Part shown: positions 42,579-54,187 of the stretch, piece by piece
Position numbering within the stretch: the stretch's first letter is position 1
How the letters are laid out: each line of letters opens with the position of its first letter
Assembly (NCBI GenBank): GCA_907165135.1
Contig: OU015569.1
Location: forward strand, 11,842,001-11,906,000
DNA: 64,000 bases
DNA from: Oikopleura dioica
Lineage: Eukaryota; Animalia; Chordata
Reading direction: 5' to 3'
Position numbers and translations under genes: made by a program
The notes under the pieces: model-generated
Database searches by the model: none
What the model was told of the DNA's origin: nothing
The model's input: the letters and a program-made list of their open reading frames with translations, nothing else

Positions 42579-44174
42579 ATGAGACTTTTCCCAGCGATTT
42601 TTGTTGCTTTTGCCGCTGCTTATCCTTACGGTAAGACTTGTAATAAGGGGATGGAGGGACTTAAGCCTACCGGGAAGGGTCCCTACCCGTTCCGATAAGA
42701 TAGTGATACTCTTATTTAATATGGCCAGGAGAAAGTTCAAAGCTTTAGTTTCTTTGGAGGCCGGAATCCTCTCTGGAATCAAGAAGCCGCTCGCGGCTTC
42801 GAGACGAAAAATATAAGCCGCGGCTTTTTATTATTATTTTCGCTCGAACCCGTTAGCGGCTTTTGGGATCGGGGAAGATTCAGAGGAGCTAAAGCTTTGA
42901 ACTTTCTTCTGGCCAAAAAATCAACACTTGAGAAAATTGGGATTCTTGATGTTTACTCCGATGAACAAATAGAACCCCTAAATACTCGACTCTCTTTGTG
43001 CAAACTCTCAAAATAAAAAAGTCTGCACAAAGTGTCAATTTTACCAACAAACTACTGTCATCGAGAAGCTGCTTGCGGCTTTGAGCATGAAAGACAACAA
43101 AGACTGCCTTCGCGCGGCTCATTTTTTTTAGTCAAAGCCGCACGCGGCTTCTCGAGTAGATTTGAAATTGAATTTCAGCAAACATCGCCTGCAACGGAAA
43201 TCGTCGCTACTCGTGTCGTTTCTGCGGCGAGTCCTGTGGCCAGGAAAAGTGTCCCGAGCCGTTTAAATTGGAGGACTTCGCTCACCCGGACGACTTCCCG
43301 GACTGCACTTGGGGATGCTACTGCGAGGAAGGGACTGTCTGGTCGCCAGATCACGAGACCTGCGTCGACGGTAATCGGGCGAAATATGAATGTAGTCGAG
43401 TAGAGTCGACTTAGTTGGAGATTTAGCTAGAATTACCTAAATTTAGTCGAAAAAAAAGAGAGCGAAATCGAAACAACAAGGCGGCTAACATCTCCTTTTA
43501 GTCGACCCCGCAAGCGGTTTTTCGATTTCGTATGATTTTTCCGACTAAATTTACGACTAAATTAACGATTGTTTGTATACGTCGCTTTTAAAGAGTAAAA
43601 GTCAAGCTCGAAATGAGTGTTTCAAGCCGTAAAATCCAGGCTTCTGCTTTTGAGAATTAATATAACTTTTGATTAGTCAGTATGAGGTCGTCAAAGATGC
43701 TGTCAAGATCGCTCAAAACGATGGTTTATTACCCTTGGGGTCGGCAACCCATCTTTCAAAGAAAAGATGGGAAAGGGAAAGATGGGTTTTCCGAAAGATT
43801 GGAATGATGGGAAAGATGGGTCCCAAAGATGGGAATGGAAAATAAGCTAGGAGTGTATTTTTCTTTCACTGGCGAAATCCATCTTTCGCATCTTTTGAAA
43901 ACCCATCTTTCCCATCATTCAGACCGAAAGATGGGTGAGGGAAAAAAGACGAAAACCCATCTTTCCCCTAACCCATCTTTCGAATCATTCTCATCTTTGA
44001 AAGATGGGTCGCCGACCCCAGATTCTAGCTAAATCTTCCACTTAGTCGAATAAGACTAAAGTCGACAAAACTAACAGTAAGCTTAAAATTTCAGTTTAAA
44101 ATTTGCATTCAGGAACTTGGGATGAATTCTGCCCGAAATACTACCCAGTTCACTTTATTCCCAAACTCGGCTGA
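42579..44174 (+). CDS. Secreted single TIL-domain (trypsin-inhibitor-like) protein (exons 42579-42630, 43179-43370, 44113-44174); not in ORF track
   Basis: MRLFPAIFVAFAAAYPY|ANIACNGNRRYSCRFCGESCGQEKC...DCTWGCYCEEGTVW...TCVD|GTWDEFCPK...*; 10 Cys in TIL spacing; both introns phase 1. Confidence 0.8.
42723..42914. mobile_element. Intronic MITE with about 30-bp TIRs and internal AAGCCGC hairpins
   Basis: ggccaggagaaagttcaaagctttag / ctaaagctttgaactttcttctggcc. Confidence 0.78.
43736..44020. mobile_element. Intronic MITE with hAT-like GGGGTCGGCAAC ends and repeated AAAGATGGG/CCCATCTTT motifs
   Basis: tggggtcggcaacccatctttcaaaga / tctttgaaagatgggtcgccgacccca; about 10 internal motif copies; no 8-bp TSD seen. 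Confidence 0.8.
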
Positions 44175-44926
44175 AATCAGAAGAAAATGCAAAATTAAAA
44201 AAATTTGATTAAAATTTAAATCTTGAAAAATAAAATAAAAAACAAGAGTTCAACCCTCAAAGAATCGATCAAGTGACAGTAATTACGAAATAAAAAGCCG
44301 CGGAAAAGCGGAAAATTCCCAAAAAAAAAGAGTGATCAAAAAGTGGCGCCATTTTGCCCCGCGTTCAGGCCAATTGCTTCTTCCTGTTTTTAACAAAACG
44401 AGAAAGAGAAAAGCGCGAAAGACTCCCACTTTTAAAACTTGTGAAACTAACAGTGGGAGTCGCAGTCTGAGTGAGAAAAAAGTATATTTCCCGTACTGGC
44501 GCGGTGAGTTTTTTGAACTTGGCGCCGCGCTGTTACGTCATCGGGAGGCGTGGGCGGCCGATCGCACTGATTCGCCGTCGTCCTTCCTCGATTTCAGTGA
44601 CGGTTTCAGTCGCTTTTTAAGAATCGCCAGAATCGTAAAATTCAGAGAGAAAAGCTCCTTTTCTGCGACATTCAGAGAGTTCCTGTGCTCCGAAACCTGT
44701 GTAGAGATCCTGAGTAAATGTCCTGAAAGAATTCGAAGGAAAAAACTGTAGAATCCGCAAAATCCTTCTTTAGAAAAAAGCCGCTACGCGGCTTTATGTC
44801 AAAGATTTTTTAAAACCCTGAATCAGGTATTCTACACAGGTTTTCGAGCTCATGAAAACCATCTTCTGCCTTTACCTGAGACTCCTTATTCAAAAAACTT
44901 TTCTAACAAATTCTTTTTATTTTAGA

Positions 44927-45787
44927 ATGGCGCTTCCACGAGTTTACTTTGACATGAGCATTGGCGGCACCGCAGCCGGCCGAATCGTCATGGAGCTCCG
45001 AAGCGACGTCGTTCCCCGAACTGCCGAGAACTTCCGAGCTCTCTGCACCGGCGAGAAGGGCTTTGGCTACAAGGGCAGCTCCTTCCACCGAGTCATTCCC
45101 CAGTTCATGTGCCAGGTAATTTTACTCAAACGATACTTTTCAAGCGACAAATTGAAAAAATAGTTCAATTTTGTCGCTAGTAAAACGTCGTTTATTTACA
45201 AACCTCTTTTCATCCATTCCTAACCGCTTTCTAGGGCGGTGACTTCACCAACCACAACGGCACCGGAGGCAAATCGATCTACGGCAACAAATTCCAGGAC
45301 GAGAACTTCCAGCTCCGACACACCGGCCCCGGAATCCTCTCCATGGCCAACGCTGGTCCCAACACCAACGGCTCCCAGGTACACAACCAGTTCTTATTGC
45401 GAGAAAACCTGCGTAGAAAACCTGAGTTAGGATTTGGCACAAATACCATTCTTATCAACTCCTAAGTACTTTCGAAGCCGCTGTGCGGCTTCATTTTTGC
45501 GAAAGCCGTTACACGGCTTGCAATTAGGTCATTCGAATCGTGACCCAGGTTTTTTGGTAATGGGCGAATTGGATAAGTTCTAACATATCTTGAAATATTT
45601 AACCCGTCTAACATTTCTTTTTCAGTTCTTCCTCTGCACCGTCCAAACCGCCTGGCTCGACGGCAAGCACGTCGTCTTCGGCTCCGTCGTTGAGGGCATG
45701 GACGTCGTCAAGAAGATCGAGTCCGTCGGCAGCCAGTCCGGCTCCACCCGCCAGAAGGTCGTCATCGCCGACTGCGGCCAGCTCTAA
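44927..45787 (+). CDS. PPIA: Cyclophilin A-type peptidyl-prolyl isomerase, 164 aa (exons 44927-45115, 45235-45378, 45626-45787)
   Basis: RVYFDM...[39 protein letters not shown]...[16 protein letters not shown]...[10 protein letters not shown]. Confidence 0.96.
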
Positions 45788-46192
45788 ATCGCCCGTCCCG
45801 CGCCCCAGAGTCGCCCGTGATCGTCCCTGAAATCGAATCATTCTCCCCATTGCCCCGAACATGTACCACTTAGTTGTTTTCTGCCAGCTCAACTACTTTA
45901 GTCCAATTTTGTTGTTCTCAACGTTCAAGTAGGTAAATTTTGATCGCTGCCAAAATACAAGTCTTCCCCTTACTCCCGCGTCTGTGTCTTTTTACTAGCA
46001 GAGATGAGAACAGAGTTACAGTCACTTCGAAAAAGCAGGAATCGTCGTCGGTTTCAACCGTTGTCTAAAATCGAGAAGCCGCTTGCGGCCTCGAGCAAGA
46101 AGAGTCGCACTTATAATTTAGGTCGTGACACCCTTATTTTTGCCTGAAATCAATCTTGAAGACGAGAAATAAGGGTATCACTTTCTACATTA

Positions 46193-46353
46193 CAGTGGCG
46201 TTTGCGGTTGCCTCCCTGTTGGAGCGTCCCTCGTTGCCTCCCTATCCAGACGCTCTTTTTCTAGAAGGGCGCATTAAATCGAACCAGAAATCGTCCCGCG
46301 TTGCCTCCCTCTCTAGACGCGTTTGGATAGGGAGGCAACCGCAAACGCCACTG
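46193..46353. mobile_element. 161-bp Tc1/mariner-type MITE
   Basis: Perfect TIR CAGTGGCGTTTGCGGTTGCCTCCCT flanked by TA on both sides (46191-46192, 46354-46355). Confidence 0.9.
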
Positions 46354-46641
46354 TAAGCATTAATCGGGTTCTCTAGAAGCCGCACGCGGCTTTGAGAAAA
46401 TAAAATTGCAGCCGCGCTTTCTGCGGCTTTTTCATTCTAAAAACTCGAAGCCGCAAGCGGCTTCTCGAATTATTCTTCTTTGACTTCATGATTTCGAGCT
46501 TGTTGTTTTCTCTAGAATCGCTCCCTCCTTGTTGCTTTTATGTCAGTTTTTCAATCATTTCAAAAACTTGAATTCCAATTGTCCCCTTTTTTGGTAGTGA
46601 TCCGTTGCTTCTTTTAAGACAGTCAAGATACACGAGTTCGA

Positions 46642-47589
46642 ATGTTGGCTTCTGCTTATAGCGTTCATTCTGGCATGGAGCCTTCGACGCGAACGCTTTC
46701 TCCTTCTGTTACCGGAGGATCGATACTTGGAATCATGTTTGATGGTGGCGTTCTTCTAGCTGGCGACAGACTCGGCGCCTACGGCGGCCTCCACCGCTTC
46801 CGAGACATCGACAGGATCTTGAAAGTCAACGAAAACGTTCTCATCACCTACACTGGCGACGTCGCCGACTTCCAGTACATCGAAGGTAAGTTTTTATGAG
46901 AGAAAAGGCTAATAGGACATAAAGAGTTCAGATTTTCAAGATGTTTTTTCTTATCGACTCTACGTAGTGACACCCTTATTTTTCAACTCAAAATAAAGTG
47001 GATATCATTATCAAGTGCCTGAACTTCATTTTCAATGTGAAAGTTAAGGGTGTCACTAGCTTAACTCTCGGAGACATTGTACAGTGTATGACCCTTCTTT
47101 AAGAAATTCTGGAAGACGAGCAGCGAGAAAACGACATGAGAAACGACGGCTATGAATTGGGACCCTCTGAATATTTCAATCTCATGGGTCGAATCATGTA
47201 CAATCGACGGTAAGCCCTTATTTTGCACAACTCTTTTGACCAAAAACTGTTAGATCGAAGGGCAACCCGCTCTGGAACCGAATCGTCGTTGCAGGATACG
47301 ACAAGGCAACAGACAAGCCATTCATGGGCCAAATCGACTCAAAGGTGCAAAAGAAAGTGACGAGAAAAAGGCCAATTTTGAATTTAGGGAACTGTTTTCG
47401 AAAGCCACTTGATCGGAACTGGCTTCGGCGGCTTCCTGGTGCACCCTTTGATGGAACGAGAATTGGAGAAGATCGAAGGACGGCCGACTAAGCAGCAGGC
47501 GACCGAGATCCTCGAGCGCGCGCTCAAGGTTCTTTACTACAGAGACAAGACTACTTACAACAAGTGGAGCATTGGAACTACAGAAAAGG
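46642..47589 (+). CDS. PSMB4: 20S proteasome subunit beta type-4 (beta7); final exon unresolved beyond 47589
   Basis: VTGGSILGIMFDGGVLLAGDRLGAYGGLHRFRDIDRI...GDVADFQYI; MYNRR|SKGNPLWN; IGTGFGGFLVHPLM; ALKVLYYRD. Confidence 0.9.
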
Positions 47590-48856
47590 TAACACAACTT
47601 TTTTTTTGAAGAGAATGGTAAAAGAGAACATTAATGAGAGGTCAGCCATTATGAACTTCATTTTGAAATTGATATCGTATTATTTTTTGCAGACATTGTA
47701 ATTACAGAATTTCTTTTTCAGGGAAATAATATTGGTATTTTAATAGCCTGTCGAGAAAATCCGATGGATGTTCATCCTATTGCCTCATTTTGAACTAAAA
47801 TTCTCTATTAATTTTGTGGAAACTTGAAACAGCTGATACAAAAAGTATATAATCCAGTTGTTAACGGCTAGGTCGAATTATTCTCATGCTTCTTATCAAT
47901 TCCAATTAATACTGTCTCATTTTAAAATATGATCGCTAACTTCCAGTCCTCCTTTTTATACCTCCAAAATTTAATGCTCGATTGAGCAAGCATAATTTTT
48001 ATAGATCTTCAAAATCGAACCATTAACGACCCAAATTGCTCATAATTTATGGCCCATCAATTTTATTAAAAGAAGATCTTTCTTTTTTCATTTTTGATCA
48101 AAATATAAGATTAATTTTTATTGAAATAAACAGAATAATAGAAGCTATTTTATTAAAACAATATTCTCGACTTAGCTGCCCTGTTTGCTATTCTAGCATT
48201 CTTCTCGATTCATTTTGAACACGATAACTAATTATACTTTCCAATTACAGTGGTATAGACACAGTAGTTTTTCATAGTGGCAGTTTAAAAACAGCCAAAG
48301 CTAATTTTTGACTCTGTTTTTCGTCGTGCTTTGGACTCATGTTCCGGTGTTATGTTTAATGTCTCATTTTAAAAGCTGACAACTATTCCTCAGTTCCCTC
48401 TTTATACGGGACTTTTCATGCTTGAGCTAGTTTTAGAGATCTTATCAGAAAAAAGCAACCATAGAAACAACCATAAAAAGCAGCAATCAGCTACTCATAA
48501 TTCAGGGCCCATCGATTTCATCGAAATCAAAGAATAAATATCCTTTAGAAGTCCAAACTCCCCAATGAACAACTAAAAATTCCCCCTTTCAGACCGGATC
48601 AACCATCGAAGCTTCCCGAGAACTCGCGACAAACTGGGAAATCGCCAAACTGATCGTTGGCTACGAGTAATTCCAAAACCCAACCAGCGCTCTCACTACT
48701 TTTCATCTCTAGCTCTTTACATGTATTCTGAAAACTGGAAATCTCTGTTCGATTTTGTTCAATTTTGAAAATAAATATTGCCGAAATTTCAAAAAGCAAA
48801 AAAAAAAAAAAAATCAATCTCTTTTTTTTTTCTTTGTAGAGAGAAAAGCGCCACAA

Positions 48857-50977
48857 ATGAAGCCGTACTATTTCTTCAAGTATTTTACGTTTGTGGTGCA
48901 GGAAGAGGCGAACTCAGAGGACGGACTGATTGACTTACAGTCGCTGCTCAAAGTTTTACAGGAGGAAATCGGATGCGATCCTAAAGGAAACAGTTGAAAC
49001 ATAAGAAATGAAGCTGGCAGTACCATCTCAATCTATTTCTATTCTCGCAAAGCAGCTTCGCGGCTTTGGATTTGTGCTTTGATGACCCTGACTTAGCTTT
49101 TCTGGACAGGATGTATCCACGCTCGTAGCTGCTAGCGGCTCTTGGAGAATCCTAATGATACATAGTCTATGTCTCTAAGAGAAATTAACTTTTGGTCGAA
49201 TAAAATAAGGCTGTCATAAGGATATCGATTATGACTTTAGGAAAAAAGTAAAACTGTGTGTTCCTTTATTTTGAAAACTGTGAAAAGAATACATCCAGAT
49301 GATCTTCAAATTAGATATGGCAGATATTGTGGCTAATCATCTGGAAAGAGAGGCGTTCGAAAAAGTTCAGAGTTTATCCGGAGAGCAAGAGAAAGGTTCT
49401 TTGAGTCTGAGGAGGCTGGAACGATCACTTTCCAGAAATCAAGTAGGAACGCGTCTTCCAAAGACAATAAAAATGCGGACCTTCATTTTTGATGACGCAG
49501 GAAAGAACTACTGTGCGAAAACGGGGTGAAAATTTTGATTTCGCCGCCGCCTGGTGGCTTGAAAAGGAGGATTTGCTACAGATGCTGTGAATTTTCGACG
49601 TCGCCGAAGATACTCCTCGAGTGCAAACTCTGCTGGAGGAAGTATCATCTCAAGTGCGACTGTAAGCGAGTTCTGTTTTTTCTTCGTTAGATGGTTCAAT
49701 TCTAGCCGGCTGCGTTTGTTACAGAAGTAGAAAGAGAGAGGAGCAGCGAGCCAAGGCGGATGTTCCCAAGTCCTTGATGAAAATCTTAGGTAAGAAATCG
49801 GGGCACCCAATTTTTATTGGTTCCAGACTCGCATAGTGTTTCTCTGGGCTCGGCAACCTGTGTAGAAAGCCTGAGTCAGGGTCCAAACAAAGAATCCTGG
49901 ATTTTGATTGGTCGAGACAATGAACTCTGACTTTTGATTAGTTGAATCGCTCCATGTAACCTTTTCTTTATCCAAAACTTAGATTACAAGTGGAAATCTC
50001 ATTCAAAAATTGATATTTTAGGTCTTGAGAACTCACTGACAATGGCAGACACAGACTTCCTGAAGAAGCTATTTATGTTTATTTCGAAGAACAAGCTAAA
50101 AATCAAGCCACTGCCAAGTCCTGCGAAAACTGCCGAATCAGAAAGAATAGCGAATGAGAAAGCATGCCAAGCTGCGAGTACACTTAAAGACGAAACGCCG
50201 GAGATTTTGCCAAACGGGCTTCCGAGAAACGCGCCGAAGCCAGAGCTGATCCAGGCGGTCTTCAATTCGAAAATGGTGCAAGCAAAGCTCAAACTGGAAA
50301 AGCACAATACACCGCGCTGCGCAAAATGCTTCAAACGCGCCAACTGCCAGGTCAACTGCTGCGAGTTCCACCTCTACTGCGATTCTTGCCGATACGAGGA
50401 TCAGAGAGTTCTCACTGTTTCTTGCGACGACCGGGATTTAGTTTCCAAGAAAGACGTCAACGACTGTAAGTTATCAAAGTTGGAGTTGTCTCTAGTAGTC
50501 ACAAATCATTCGAGAAGCCGCTTCGGCTTCGAGAAAACGAAAATGAATCCTGGCGTGCGCGGCTTTATATTCTAAGCTAGAATTTCTAGGAGCTCAAGAA
50601 ATTCGAGTAGCCGCTTGCGGCCTCTAGCTGTTCAAAAGAAAAGCCGCGCGATGGTCGATTTCTATTTCGTTTTCTCGAAGACGCAAGCGGCTTCTCGACA
50701 ATTTTGATAATCACCCAATTATTCTTTAATTTATTCTTAAATTTAAGGTCGAACGAAAATGATGATGGCGTCGACGAAATTGTGGGTACATGAGAAGGAG
50801 GGACGCACAATGAGCAAGTCCCCGTACGTCGACATTAAGGAGATTTACGATGACGCAGTTAGAAATTCATCGAATCTGAATCGCGATTGCTTGCCTTGCC
50901 GAAAGCCGGTCACAACAGGAGTCAAGATCAATATTCCAAGAGAGAGCGGCTACGACTCCGATTTCCTAGAGAAATAG
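48857..50977 (+). CDS. PHD-like plus MYND-like zinc-finger protein, tandem paralog 1 (multi-exon; some junctions unresolved)
   Basis: MKPYYFFKY start; CYRC...CKLC-x4-H-x2-C|..CVC; RCAKCFKRANCQVNCCEFHLYCDSC; exon-by-exon similarity to paralog 2. Confidence 0.65.
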
Positions 50978-51135
50978 AAGAAATCGAAAATCATTCATAT
51001 TTGAAAATTCACCTCAGGATCACTCACTTCACTCAAAACAAAATATTTTTCACATTGACTGCCTTTCTTCTTTTTTTTTCACTCGAACATGGATAAATAG
51101 GAAAAGAAGAATCAAGTTTTATTTTTCAGAAAAAA

Positions 51136-53020
51136 ATGGGTGAAAAATTAAAGCCTTGCGATTTCTTTAAGTACACGAGTTTGCTTTTGAACGAGGCGAA
51201 TTTCAAGGATAAAGAACGGGGAATTATTGAATTGCGCGAATTGGAGAAGCTCTTGGTCGAAAAAACTCCGATACACCCGATAGGAAAAGGAGTTACTGAT
51301 TCTCTATATGAGTGAATGACAGACCATCCTGTCCTATATTTACCCAAGAAAAAGAACTCTAAGTACCTTCCTTACAAAGTCAGTAACTCAGGTCAGATTT
51401 TATCCGATTGCTCTTTCAACTGGATCTTGCGATACTCGCGGATTTGGGAACTAAAAGCTCTCGTCAAAACCTGGCCGAGAAGATTACAATCATGGCGAAA
51501 AGCAACCGAGGAGACAAGAAGAAAAGACCAGTCCGATTCCGCAAGCCCGAGCGATCCTTCCGCAGAGCACAATTAGGAAGGCGTCTTTCCTCTTTGAAAG
51601 AGTGAACTTTGACCTTTTTTGAATCATTCGTTTTCGTGACGCATGGAAGAGAAAATTGTCGAAAATCAAGGCGCAGTGGTTTTAAAAATCCCGCCTGGCG
51701 GATTGAAAAAGAGAATTTGCTTCCAATGCGTTGAGTTTTCCCTTCTTCCGAATTCGCTGCAGTAATGCAGGCTTTGCTGGAGAATGACACATCCCAGTTG
51801 TGACAGTAAGTTTCCTTTTCCAGCAAATGCTCGATAGTATGCGTATTTCTAGAACTGTGCGTCTGCCTCAGTCAGAATAAAAAAGCAAAGCAAACTGCTG
51901 AAACGACAATTCCATCATCTCAACTAGAAATATTAGGTAAGAAGCCCCTGCTATATCTTAGATTGTCATTAGAATATGTACTCAATAGACTGGGGTGTGG
52001 TTTTTGAGGGGTACGAATACCGTATGATGATCTGCAATCCTATCAGAACCCCCTGTCGTAGAGTGCAGGTTGATTTAGTGATCAACGTTCCGTTCTGATA
52101 TGGGGTTAATGGGCTTTTCATGGGTGAGACGAAGAATTTTCGGCTCTTATTTGCTAGAAGCACCCATAGAACTCCATATCTTACTTTAGAAACCCCTTCA
52201 TCCATTAAATAGAATATGGAAGGCTTACTATGCACTGTGGGGATGGGGTCTTTATAGCCAATCATAAGTCCGTTTTCTAACTCTCAGCAAGTAATAGATA
52301 AATTTTCCTAATGAAACCCCAAGCCTAAGCTAATTCTAGGACTTGAGAAGACCAAAATCACGCTTGGAGACAAAAACTTCCTCACTCAACTCTTCCCTTC
52401 TTCAACAATATCCGCGTCCGACAAACAGCCACTGGATCATCTCAAAAGCCAGAAAAATGCCACCGAGACCGTCCTAAAAAGCCAGTTCGACGATTCAAAT
52501 CACCGCCGAATGATTTCGGAGGCGGAGAGTGATGCCATCCTGTTCATCGAGAACGCGAAACTGACTCTTCACAAATACCCACTTCGCTGCGCGAAATGCT
52601 TCAAAGCCGCCACCTGCCAAACGAACTGCTGCGAGTATCACGTGTTTTGCGACCTCTGCAAAGAACAGGCGATAACTTGCGAGGATGAAAATCGCGAGCT
52701 TCTGACGAAGATGCACATTGGAAGCTGTAAGTTATAAAAGCAAGGAAGACAGCTTCTTTCATCGTTCTGTTTTTGAAGATCGAGGGAAGGTGATCCAGTT
52801 CGTGACCAAGCACTGGCACGAGAAGTACAAAGCCGACCCGAGCATCGAAGATCCGATGATACCGCACAAAGAAACTGGAACGACCCTGAAAGAGATTCAC
52901 AAATCAATGTGCGATGAGGGACTCATGTTTTATCGACGCAGTCTTCCAGTCGTTTCAAGCTCGAAGGCCAAAACCGAGAAACATCCTATCGTCAAAACAG
53001 AACGAGAAGAAATCGAATAA
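51136..53020 (+). pseudogene. PHD-like plus MYND-like paralog 2 with in-frame TAA in the PHD-like exon
   Basis: MGEKLKPCDFFKY start; CFQC...LQ*CRLCWRMTHPSCD (TAA 51763-51765 aligns to GAG in paralog 1); RCAKCFKAATCQTNCCEYHVFCDLC. Confidence 0.6.
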
Positions 53021-53455
53021 ATCACAAAATTTCACAAAACTCCGCTAAAAGTTCCGCTTCAATCAAAATCACTGCTGTAATTCAAAATGCTGCCTCACTA
53101 TGCTACTTTCTGTTTGAATAGGGTTATCAACGAATAAGGTACGAGTATTCTTTGTTTCAATCAATCAAAGCCAAGCAAAACCCTATTTATCAACCCCAGG
53201 AGCAAAAAGCTCCTACCTTTTATGGGGCGTAGAGGGTCTCTGACTGGCTGTGACAAAGAGTACTCGCATCATATTTGCTTAAATCCTGATAGAAGGCCTC
53301 TAATTAATTTGGTTATTTTGAAGAATGTTCTCCCGTGCTATCCTCCGAACTTCTGCTCGAGTCGTCCCCCGACAGACCTTGTCTGTTCGATACGCTGGTG
53401 AGAAGGTCAGTTTCATGGTAAAATTATCTTTGAATAACTCCGTTTCTAGGCAGAA

Positions 53456-53989
53456 ATGAGCATCCAGCAGTGGCTGAAAATGGAGCCCGCTCTTGAGCAG
53501 GTCATCTTCGTTCTCATGGGCGGTCTGGCCGCCATCATCGTCGCCCAGCTCTTCGGTGCTTCTCCCCCAACTGCTCTTCCCGCTGGAGCCCCTACTGTAA
53601 TTACCTTATCCTTCCAATCAGTTCATTTATGATTTTACTTTCAGTACCCTTGGGAAAACCCACCCCAGGTCTCTGACGCCGCTTTCGGCTCTCACCCAGT
53701 CGAGAAAATCGTCATGGAAGAACTCGGACTCAGCAGCTACGAGGTAAGGAATCCTTGATCAATGGAGAAGCCGCTTGCGGCTTATACAGAATTCTTCCAA
53801 CACATATTCGATTGAATTACCTCTGTCAAGAATTCTGGGTGATAAGAAGTCTCTTCTTTTGGTTTCCGATTTCTAGCGCTCTTTTAGGAAGCCAAGCCTT
53901 ACCTCAAGGCCTGGTGGGCCGAGCAGCTCGCTGAAATGTCCGAGGACGAAATCAAGGCGCTCAAGACCAAATACCGACTCTGGCAATAA
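53456..53989 (+). CDS. 113-aa single-pass membrane protein, 3 exons (53456-53596, 53645-53743, 53888-53989); not in ORF track
   Basis: All introns are phase-0 GT-AG; MSIQQWLKMEPALEQVIFVLMGGLAAIIVAQLFG...YPWENPP...KYRLWQ*; strong codon bias. Confidence 0.82.
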
Positions 53990-54187
53990 ATCAAGTTCAA
54001 AGTTCTCTTCTGTACCAAAAAATCGACCAAATTATTTATTGGTGTGAATAAAATATCTCACCGTCACGGAATATAAAAACACTTCCTTTCTTTGAGCAAT
54101 GATTCCATCAGGCTTGAGCATTTGACCTTTGTAAAGAAGACTTAAGTCTAATGGATACTTTTTGCAGAAAGTCGAAGTCGGAACGCC

